64,000 nt of DNA from an uncultured Gammaproteobacteria bacterium (GTDB taxonomy: Bacteria; Pseudomonadota; Gammaproteobacteria; DRLM01): positions 210,118 to 274,117 of the forward strand of contig CAVSNY010000005.1 of assembly GCA_963729605.1 (NCBI GenBank). Direction: 5' to 3'. Position numbers and translations under genes: made by a program. The notes under the pieces were generated by a model. It made no database searches. It had not been told where the DNA came from and saw nothing but the letters and a program-made list of their open reading frames with translations. Shown here in pieces: positions 21,548 through 29,482 of this stretch. Positions within the stretch are counted from its first letter, which is position 1; every line of letters starts with the position of its first letter.

Positions 21548-22380
21548 GAACCTATCTCAAAATTGCCTGAGCAGGATACCGATGGTTGCCAGCTGCACAA
21601 ACCCGAGAAAATTCTCGGCGTAGTATTCCCAACGGACCAGGAGACGACGTTGCCATTGAAGCCAGGCAAAGAAGCGTTCCACCAGCCAGCGTCGTTCGTA
21701 TCGGCGCAGGCGACGCCCGTCTTGTGTCTTGGATTTTACGCGATTCTGCCGGTGCGGCGAGATCATCTCGATGCCCTCTTGCCGCAATTCCTCGTCCAGT
21801 TTGTCGCTGTCGTAGGCACGATCGCCAATCAGATTTTCCGGCTTCGCTTCGATCATGTAGAACTCGAAACTCAGCTGCACCAGCGTGACTTCATGGTGGT
21901 TCGCCGCATGCGTACTGACCGCCAGCGGCAAGCCGTGACGATCCACAATTGCCATGATTTTAACGCCTTTTCCGCGTTTTGTCGGGCCGATCTCCGCGCC
22001 GCCGCCCTTGGCCGAGGCAAACGTGGCATCGATAAAGCATTCCGATTCATCCAGCGCGCCTTCATCGCGCAGCGTGTTGGCGAGAGAGGTCATGACATCA
22101 CGCAGCACTTCGTTGCGGCACCAATTCTGAAAACGGCGATGCACCGTTTTGTAGTTCGGATAGCATTGCGGCAGCATATGCCACTGCGCGCCGGTATTGA
22201 GAATCCAGAGAACGGCATCGAGGACTTGACGGGAAGAAATCGGCTTGCGACCTGCGCGCCCCGCCGCAATGTTTTCCTCCGGAAAGTGTTCCCGGATGCG
22301 TTCCCAGTGTTGGTCGCTCAGCCGTAGCATGCGGCAAATTATATGCGATTCTGCTCAGCTTGTGATTTTGAGATAGGTTC
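21548..22380 (-). mobile_element. IS5-family insertion sequence (833 bp)
   Basis: Perfect 15-bp terminal inverted repeats GAACCTATCTCAAAA / TTTTGAGATAGGTTC flanked by a TA duplication. Confidence 0.92.
21557..22330 (-). CDS. IS5-family transposase
   Basis: LSDQHWERI, TGAQWHMLP, IDAT, GDRAYDSD, YERRWLVERFFAWL (DDE). Confidence 0.93.
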   Translation of the reverse strand: MLRLSDQHWERIREHFPEENIAAGRAGRKPISSRQVLDAVLWILNTGAQWHMLPQCYPNYKTVHRRFQNWCRNEVLRDVMTSLANTLRDEGALDESECFIDATFASAKGGGAEIGPTKRGKGVKIMAIVDRHGLPLAVSTHAANHHEVTLVQLSFEFYMIEAKPENLIGDRAYDSDKLDEELRQEGIEMISPHRQNRVKSKTQDGRRLRRYERRWLVERFFAWLQWQRRLLVRWEYYAENFLGFVQLATIGILLRQF

Positions 22381-22384
22381 TACA

Positions 22385-22564
22385 CGCTAACTTAAATTAG
22401 ACGTCCTAATTGACGTCTTATAAGGGGTCATCATGTGTTCTAAATCTTTTCCCATTGTAAAAGTATCCTGCATATAAGCAAGAAATTAAATTTAGGATGT
22501 CCTAATTAGAAATGGCTAATACGGCAGATCATACACCTGAGCAGCTCGGCCATAAAAAGTGGGA
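22385..22564 (-). repeat. ~180-bp promoter/attI-like platform, copy 2
   Basis: Ends GTCTAAT-TTAA-GTTAGCG; contains TTGCTT-16bp-TACAAT and the palindrome TTAGGA-TG-TCCTAA (22492-22505). Confidence 0.75.
22454..22481 (-). promoter_or_regulatory. putative Pc-like cassette promoter
   Basis: -35 TTGCTT, 16-bp spacer, -10 TACAAT, oriented toward the GTT core site. Confidence 0.6.
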
Positions 22565-22604
22565 AAGATTTATTTATTCGCTCGTCAACCACAAACTACT
22601 ACTC

Positions 22605-22696
22605 GTTTAGCGCAGCCTTTTTGCGGTCCACTGGATACGGCTTGCCCTGGAACGCAGCGGAAGGGTAATCCGTCGGACTCAAAGCGGTTGTTATGT
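22605..22696 (-). repeat. degenerate/composite attC site
   Basis: ACATAAC-AACCGC-TTTGAGTC-CGACGGATTACCCTTCCGCTGCGTTCCAGGGCAAGCCG, then a fragment resembling another attC; no R' box. Confidence 0.55.
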
Positions 22697-22709
22697 GTTC
22701 GAATTGCGG

Positions 22710-23006
22710 TCACAGGATGTAACCATGAAGATCGGTGACGAGCCTTTGAATCGCCGACTGAAATTCACTTTCTTTAGCCTCAAGTACTTTTGTGGGCAGG
22801 TTCTCCCACTCATCGCTCTTCCACGCCGCGGCATAGCCGAAGCCTTCCTCTCCATCCCACTCTAAGAGCACCCGCTTTTCATCGTGAACGAATATAGTTC
22901 TTATCGAACCATAATAATCGAGCTGACTATTGTCAGATTCGATTCCGAATCCCGCCTTCTCTAAAACAGGCCAGATTGCTTCCTTAATTCGATAGTGCTC
23001 GTGCAT
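22710..23006 (-). CDS. hypothetical cassette protein
   Basis: 98 aa from ATG 23006; cassette ends GTTGTGTGT / ACACATAAC are near-complementary. Confidence 0.7.
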   Translation of the reverse strand: MHEHYRIKEAIWPVLEKAGFGIESDNSQLDYYGSIRTIFVHDEKRVLLEWDGEEGFGYAAAWKSDEWENLPTKVLEAKESEFQSAIQRLVTDLHGYIL

Positions 23007-23015
23007 GCCTTTTAC

Positions 23016-23082
23016 ACACAACGACCAAGCTCAGACGCGGCGCCGCGGCAGCGGCGACGTCGGCTGGAGCGCCTTGTTGGGC
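23016..23082 (-). repeat. attC site (67 bp)
   Basis: GCCCAAC-AAGGCG-CTCCAGCC...GTCTGAG-CTTGGTC-GTTGTGT. Confidence 0.82.
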
Positions 23083-23085
23083 GCC

Positions 23086-23400
23086 TTAAAGGAAATTGTA
23101 ACTGTCATTTACCTCTACTCCAACGTAGTTATTGTTTGAGTCAAGCAATATGTGAATTGTGATGGCATGAAAATTTGATTTCGGATGCCGAATGATTGCT
23201 TGATATCTATTTCCGAAACTGTCGTAGGAGAACTCTAAACCTCGTTTTCGGAGGTACTGTTCGATTGCTTCGGTGTTGTCACCTGGTTTCAGGGCGGACG
23301 AAATTTCCACTTCAACTTCTTCGGGCGTAGTGTCGAGCGTAAACAGACAGCCGGACAACAGTCCGAAAGAAAGGAGGAAAACTATATGTTTAAGGCTCAT
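23086..23400 (-). CDS. hypothetical lipoprotein, cassette-borne
   Basis: MSLKHIVFLLSFGLLSG|C lipobox; cassette ends GTTGGGCGTC / GGCGCCCAAC. Confidence 0.75.
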   Translation of the reverse strand: MSLKHIVFLLSFGLLSGCLFTLDTTPEEVEVEISSALKPGDNTEAIEQYLRKRGLEFSYDSFGNRYQAIIRHPKSNFHAITIHILLDSNNNYVGVEVNDSYNFL

Positions 23401-23412
23401 TGTCTGATAGAC

Positions 23413-23432
23413 GCCCAACTACATAGTTAGGC
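23413..23432 (-). repeat. collapsed attC (delta-attC) or attI-like simple site
   Basis: GCCTAAC-TATGTA-GTTGGGC: R'' and R' boxes 6 nt apart, no L boxes. Confidence 0.65.
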
Positions 23433-23502
23433 GGGAGAGCGAAGGCACGGTGTTGCACTTGCATGTGACGCCTCGCTGTTGACAGGTCCCTGGACATCGA
23501 TT

Positions 23503-23952
23503 TCATCGCCCATATTTTGGCTGATAGATTGTCCATGAGGAAAACGCTGGGTTATACCTCCGATACACAGCTTCAGGAGCGTTCTCTGCGGTGATGACGA
23601 GATCTTTACCGACTAGAGAACAAAGCTCAGAAAAGAAGCCTAGGACGAGCTCATGAGTGGACAGGTCAGTCACTTGTCGGGGATCAATATCAAGCTCGAT
23701 TTCGTCGGTGGTGAAGAAGTGACAGTTGATGGATGCATTGCCAACGTTCACTGTCAACAAATGACTACCGTCTCGGTTCGCAAAGATGCTGTGCGGATGA
23801 GGAAGCTCTTTAGGAGCACCATCGAAGGTATACACATGCGGCCTGCGACTGGCAACCTCGATCAAGACGCACCAATCAGCTATGTCTGTTTTATCGATGT
23901 ATGCATCCCGAAGCGAGCCATCGCATTCCCACAGGTCTGGCGGTTCAATCAT
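23503..23952 (-). CDS. hypothetical cassette protein
   Basis: 149 aa, WECDGSLRDAYI...DW N-terminus; starts just after TTTAGGC with a GAGAG RBS-like sequence. Confidence 0.75.
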   Translation of the reverse strand: MIEPPDLWECDGSLRDAYIDKTDIADWCVLIEVASRRPHVYTFDGAPKELPHPHSIFANRDGSHLLTVNVGNASINCHFFTTDEIELDIDPRQVTDLSTHELVLGFFSELCSLVGKDLVITAENAPEAVYRRYNPAFSSWTIYQPKYGR

Positions 23953-23968
23953 TGGCTGCTCTCAAAGG

Positions 23969-24030
23969 GCCTAAAGTCTAGCTCAGGGGCGCGCCGCTTT
24001 TGACGCGTTCCTTGGAGCACTTGGTTGGGC
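23969..24030 (-). repeat. attC site (62 bp) with mutated core
   Basis: GCCCAAC-CAAGTG-CTCCAAGG-AACGCGTCAAAAGCGGCGCGC-CCCTGAG-CTAGAC-TTTAGGC (GTT>TTT). Confidence 0.72.
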
Positions 24031-24099
24031 AGCCTTAACTGGTCTTGGATCGTGACGGTTGATTTCCGCAGCGAAAGTGAAGAGATCATCACAAGCCAT

Positions 24100-24131
24100 C
24101 CCCCAATCTCATTTCATTCCATCCGGGCTAC
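24100..24131 (-). repeat. degenerate GTAG-type REP
   Basis: GTAGCCCGGATGGAATGAAATGAGATTGGGG directly after the methyltransferase stop. Confidence 0.5.
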
Positions 24132-24135
24132 TCGC

Positions 24136-24861
24136 TCAACCATTATGAATATAGTGCAGTCTGCGTGTTAAATTCCGCATTGCCTCGAACCACTTGTCCC
24201 CGACCATGCGCGCCATCAATGCACGGTATTTGCAGATTTTTAGGTTGTTGGCTTTGGTGATGTATGCGTCTATGGCGCGAGTAGTATTATTCCACGCGGC
24301 GAGGGTATCGACATCGATGTTCGGCGCCCGTTTCAAACCAATAAAGCACAAATCGAAGGAAGCCCAGTTCACCCAGAGCCGGTAATGAGCAAAGGCTTTT
24401 TCCAGATCGCATTCACCGGCGAAGTCGCGGCCGGTCAGATTGCGGTAGTAATCCCATCCTTGTTCGACGGTCAGTGGTGAGTTAGTCGGTGTTGACCTTG
24501 TCGTCCCGTGTTCCGGACGACCTGTGGTGGCGCACGTCATGGTGACTAGCCCCCCGGGCCTGCACACGCGTGTCATGTTATTGAAAGTTTCCTTCCAGAA
24601 TGGATTATGTTCCATTACTTCACACGAGATGACCTGGTCAAACGAGTTATCAGGCGCATCATAACGTTGTCCCTCGCAAACAACGTCAACACCTCGGCCG
24701 GGCGCAATATCTATTCCCAGATATTGGCAGTTGGTGAAAAAGTCTCGCACACTACCGTTGATATTTAGTGAGCCTATTTCCAAAACTTTAACGTCACGGA
24801 AGAAACTTGGAAGGCCGACTGCAACCAATCCGACGTAATCACGCTGACTAAGATGTGACAT
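24136..24861 (-). CDS. class I SAM-dependent methyltransferase
   Basis: VLEIGSLNING, YLGIDIAPGRGVD, FDQVISCEVMEH, RPGG. Confidence 0.85.
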   Translation of the reverse strand: MSHLSQRDYVGLVAVGLPSFFRDVKVLEIGSLNINGSVRDFFTNCQYLGIDIAPGRGVDVVCEGQRYDAPDNSFDQVISCEVMEHNPFWKETFNNMTRVCRPGGLVTMTCATTGRPEHGTTRSTPTNSPLTVEQGWDYYRNLTGRDFAGECDLEKAFAHYRLWVNWASFDLCFIGLKRAPNIDVDTLAAWNNTTRAIDAYITKANNLKICKYRALMARMVGDKWFEAMRNLTRRLHYIHNG

Positions 24862-24972
24862 TGTGTGGCCCTGGAAAGGGTTGCCTAATTATTCGATGTG
24901 TGTGTGTGTGTGGAGCTCGGCCGGTTGGAGCGATTTCTCGAAGCCCAAGCTCTCACCGCCCGCCATAAACAC

Positions 24973-26055
24973 TCACCCCGCCATATTCTCCAACAACGCC
25001 TTCTTCACCGCGTCGAGCGTGGCCTCGACGTTGATCATCTTGGCCTGATTTTGTTTGATGGCGATGTCCGGGTCTTTTAAACCGTGGCCGGTGAGGGTGC
25101 AGACGATTTTGCTGCCGGCGGGTATCTTGCCGTTGTTGATGTCGCGCAGCGCACCGGCCAGCGACGCGGCGGATGCCGGTTCGCAGAAGATGCCTTCTTT
25201 ACGCGCCAGCAGGCCCTGCGCGGCGAGGATTTCCGCGTCGCTGCATTCGTCGAACCAGCCGCCGGATTCTTTTTGGGTGACCCAGGCCTTGTCCCAGCTT
25301 TGCGGATGACCGATGCGGATCGCGGTCGCGACCGTCTCGGGATTATCCACCGGGCCGCCGCGCATGAAGGGCGCGGAACCGGCGGCTTGATAGCCGATCA
25401 TCTTCGGCAGGCTGTTGACGATGCCGTGGTCTTTGTATTCCTTGTAGCCCATCCAATGCGCGCTGATGTTGCCGGCATTGCCGACCGGCAGGCAGTGATA
25501 ATCCGGCGCGCATTCCAGTTCTTCGATGATCTCGAAGGCGGCGGTCTTCTGCCCTTGCAGACGAAATGGATTGATCGAGTTGACGATGGTCACCGGCACC
25601 TCTTTGCCGACTTGTTTCACCAGTTCCATACCGTCGTCGAAGTTGCCTTTGATCTGGATCACGCAGGCGCCGTGCATCAGCGCCTGGGCGAGTTTGCCCA
25701 TGGCGATCTTGCCGTCGGGGATCAGCACGAAGGCGGCGATGCCGGCGCGCGAGGCATACGCGGCGGCGGACGCCGAGGTGTTGCCGGTGGAGGCGCAGAT
25801 GATGGCGCGGCTGCCCTCTTCCACCGCCTTGGTCACCGCCATGGTCATGCCGCGGTCCTTGAACGAACCGGTGGGATTGAGGCCTTCGTATTTGACGTAG
25901 ATGTCCACGTCCTTGCCCACGTCGCGGGGGATGTTGTTCAAGCGGATCAGCGGCGTGTTGCCTTCGCCGAGACTGATGATGCGGGTGTCGTCGTGCACCG
26001 GCAGGCGGTCACGGTATTTGTCGATCAAACCGGTGTAGCGGGAACGGAACGGCAT
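24973..26055 (-). CDS. thrC: threonine synthase
   Basis: LGEGNTPL, EGLNPTGSFKDRG (PLP lysine), CASTGNTS, TGHGLKDP. Confidence 0.96.
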   Translation of the reverse strand: MPFRSRYTGLIDKYRDRLPVHDDTRIISLGEGNTPLIRLNNIPRDVGKDVDIYVKYEGLNPTGSFKDRGMTMAVTKAVEEGSRAIICASTGNTSASAAAYASRAGIAAFVLIPDGKIAMGKLAQALMHGACVIQIKGNFDDGMELVKQVGKEVPVTIVNSINPFRLQGQKTAAFEIIEELECAPDYHCLPVGNAGNISAHWMGYKEYKDHGIVNSLPKMIGYQAAGSAPFMRGGPVDNPETVATAIRIGHPQSWDKAWVTQKESGGWFDECSDAEILAAQGLLARKEGIFCEPASAASLAGALRDINNGKIPAGSKIVCTLTGHGLKDPDIAIKQNQAKMINVEATLDAVKKALLENMAG

Positions 26056-26281
26056 GGACAACTCCTTAAGAACGTTTAACCATGAAGGACACACAGAAGT
26101 TCAATTGAACTACACTGAATGCCCTCGCAGTAATTTTTAATTTAAAGGCCAACGATATTTCAATTAATTCGGGCCCTGCTCTTGGTGAATCTGCATCGCG
26201 GCGCAGTGCACACTATCTCAAGCGCTCATCACGAACCTGGCTACCGATGGCCGTATCGACCAAGCCCTGTGCCGCGACGCA

Positions 26282-26636
26282 ACCACCCCGGCGCTACGCG
26301 CCACCCCTCCTTGAAAAGGAGGGGAGCTGATTCTTTCCCTTCCCATCGAGGTTTAACTTCACTGCCTTACTTAACTTCACTGCCTTCTTAACTTGACTGC
26401 CTTCTTAACTTGACTGCCTTCCTTAAGGATGAGCTTCACAGGTGATGACCAGCGTTTGCATGTGCAGCCCGGCGTTTAACTTCACTGCCTTCCGCAAGGA
26501 TGAGTTTCACCCCTTCCCACGGAGGGTAAGCTTCACTCTCTTCCGTGAGCAGCCTCACTCCTTCCCGCTCATTGAGGAGAGAACGCATTTCTCCCCTCCT
26601 CTTTCGAGGAGGGGTGCCCCATAGGGGCGGGGTGGT
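26282..26636. repeat. CCCCTCC-type palindromic element pair enclosing 17-bp tandem repeats
   Basis: Inverted units at 26282-26326 and 26591-26636; TTAACTTSACTGCCTTC x4 at 26353-26421 plus a fifth at about 26477. Confidence 0.7.
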
Positions 26637-26692
26637 GAGAACCAGGCGTGACACATGAACCCGCTGCGCATCCTCCGTCTCCTCCCCCGTGC

Positions 26693-28010
26693 TTAATTCT
26701 TATTCAAATACTCCACGCGAATCCGCGTCACCGCGCCGTTGATGGAGCCCAGGGCTTCGATGCGTTGAATCGCTTCGTTCATCTGCCGCTCGCGCATGCG
26801 ATGGGTGAGCATGATCACCGGCACGTGTTGCGCTTCGGGCGCCTGTTCTTTTTGGATGATGGCCTCGATGCTGATGCCGGCATCGGCGAGGATACGGGTG
26901 ACATCGGCCAACACGCCGGGACGGTCTTCCGCCTCCATGCGCAGATAATACGCGGTCTCCACTTCGCTCATGGGCAGGATGGGAATGTCCACCAGCGCGT
27001 CGGGTTGAAAGGCGAGATGAGGCACGCGGTTTTCCGGATCGGCGGTGAACGCGCGCACCACGTCCACCAGATCGGCCACCACCGCCGAGGCGGTCGGTTC
27101 GGCGCCGGCGCCGGCGCCGTAATACAAAGTCGGTCCCACCGCGTCGCCCTTCACCAGCACCGCGTTCATCACGCCATCGACGTTGGCGATCAGACGGCGA
27201 TAGGGAATCAAAGTGGGATGCACGCGCAGCTCCACGCCCTTGTTCGGTACGACGCGCGATGCCGAGGTGTTTGATGCGATAGCCCAACTCTTCCGCATAG
27301 TTCACGTCTTCGGCGGTGATCTTGCTGATGCCTTCGGTATATATGCGGTCGAATTGCAGCGGAATGCCGAAGGCGATGGAGGCGAGGATGGTGAGTTTGT
27401 GCGCGGCGTCGATGCCTTCCACGTCGAAGGTGGGATCGGCCTCGGCGTATCCCAACTGCTGGGCTTCGGCCAGCACGTCGGCGAAGTCGCGGCCCTTGTC
27501 GCGCATTTCGCTGAGGATGAAATTGCCGGTGCCGTTGATGATGCCCGCCAGCCACTCGATGCGGTTGCCGGCGAGCCCTTCGCGTATCGCTTTGATGACG
27601 GGAATGCCGCCGGCCACCGCCGCCTCGAAGGCCACCATCACGCCCTGTTCCTGGGCCTGGGCGAACAGTTCGTTGCCGTGTTTGGCGATCAGCGCCTTGT
27701 TGGCGGTGACCACGTGTTTGCCGTTGGCGATGGCCTTGCTCACCAGTTCGCGCGCGGCGAGCGTGCCGCCGATCAATTCGACCACCACGTCCACGTCGGG
27801 ATTGTTCACCACCGCGAAGGGGTCGTCGGTGAGTTGAATGCCGGCCATGTCGCAATTACGCACGCGCCGCAAATCACGGGCGGCGGCGTGGGTGACGACG
27901 ATGCCGCGGCCCGCGCGGCGCTCGATTTCCTTGGCGTTGCGTTTGAGCACGCTCACCGTGCCGCCGCCCACCGTGCCGATACCCAGCAGCCCTACCTTTA
28001 CCGGATTCAA
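26693..28010 (-). CDS. hom: homoserine dehydrogenase (one frameshift near 27238, probably a read error)
   Basis: [39 protein letters not shown]; the ACT domain is in a second frame. Confidence 0.93.
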
Positions 28011-28075
28011 TATTCTTCTCCTTGGATCATCCAGCGTCATACGATCAATCAACGCGCGGAAATTACAGATATCAA

Positions 28076-29288
28076 TTAAGCGCCGACCTGCGCCGCGCCG
28101 GGCTGGCCTTGGTCGCGGCGGAACATGTCGCGGATGCCGCGGATCGCCTGGCGGGTGCGGTGTTCGTTTTCGATGAGGGCGAAACGCACGTGAGTCATCG
28201 CCCTGTTCGCCGAAACCGACGCCGGGCGATACCGCGACCTTGGCCTCTTGCAGCAACCGCTTGGAGAACTCCAGCGAACCGAGATGACGATAGGGCTCGG
28301 GTATCTCGGCCCAAACGAACATCGCGCCTTTGGGCGGGGTCACCTGCCAGCCGATGGAATTGAGCCCTTTGCACAACACGTCGCGGCGGCGGCGATAGAG
28401 TTCGCGGATTTCATCGACGCAATCCTGCGGCCCTTCGAGCGCGGTGATGGCGGCGATCTGGATCGGCGTGAACATGCCGTAGTCGAGATAGGATTTCATG
28501 CGCGCCAGCGCCGCCACCAGTTTATGGTTGCCGCACATGAAGCCGATGCGCCAGCCCGGCATGTTGTAGCTCTTCGACAGCGTGAAGAATTCCACGGCGA
28601 CGTCCTTGGCGCCCGGCACTTGCAGAATCGACGGCGCGACATAACCGTCGAAGACGATATCGGCGTAGGCGATGTCGTGCACCACCCAGATTTCATGCTC
28701 GCGGGCGATCGCCACCACCTTCTCGAGGAAATCCAGCTCCACGCATTGGGTGGTGGGATTGCCGGGGAAATTCAGCACCAGCATCTTGGGTTTGGGCCAG
28801 CAGGCCTTGATGGCCTTTTCCAGTTCATCGCAGAAATCCACGCCGGGAACCAGCGGCACGTGGCGAATATCGGCGCCGGCGATGACGAAACCGTAAGGGT
28901 GGATCGGATAAGAGGGATTGGGCACCAGCGCCACGTCGCCCGGCCCCATGGTGGCCAGCGCCAAATGGGCGAGTCCTTCCTTGGAACCGATGGTGACGAT
29001 GGCCTCGCTGTCCATGTTCAAATCGACGTCGAAGCGTTTCTTGTACCAGTTGCAGATCGCGCGACGCAGGCGCGGTATGCCCTTCGAGACGGAATAGCGG
29101 TGGGTGTCGCCGCGCTGGGCGGCCTCGACCATCTTATCGACAATATGTTGGGGCGTGGGCTGGTCGGGGTTGCCCATGCCGAAATCGATGATGTCCTCTC
29201 CCCGCGCGCGCGCCTTGGCCTTCAGCTCGCCGACAATATTGAACACATAAGGGGGGAGCCGCTTGATTCTGGAAAATTCGTCGTTCAA
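28076..29288 (-). CDS. alaC: alanine transaminase, class I/II aminotransferase (one frameshift near 28194)
   Basis: [34 protein letters not shown]; the C-terminus [15 protein letters not shown] is in the shifted frame. Confidence 0.9.
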
Positions 29289-29482
29289 GGTAGTTAGTCC
29301 GGAAAACTGAAACCGGGAAAAATCACGGCGGAACCAGCACAAAACGCGCCCCGTAGGCGCACCAAAGCGCTACACATTACCCGCCCGCCCCAAACCCTGT
29401 CAATCGCGCGGGCTTGCGCGCCGTCCCGACACCGGTTAAAAAGGGCGGGCAGCCCTTTTCCGGACTCAAGACGGACTTTTTC

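Larger units (their letters stand above)
18874..24890 (-). mobile_element. integron gene-cassette array lacking an integrase gene (CALIN-like island)
   Basis: AT-richer region of short co-oriented ORFs bounded by GTTRRRY/RYYYAAC boxes and attC hairpins; no tyrosine recombinase ORF in the window. Confidence 0.85.

Noticed and set aside
26353-26421. Possible CRISPR array
   Set aside because: The 17-bp units are directly adjacent with no spacers, and there are no cas genes.
26700-29342. 880-aa apparent AlaC-homoserine dehydrogenase fusion ORF
   Set aside because: Produced by single-base insertions near 28194 and 27238; correcting them yields normal separate alaC and hom genes.
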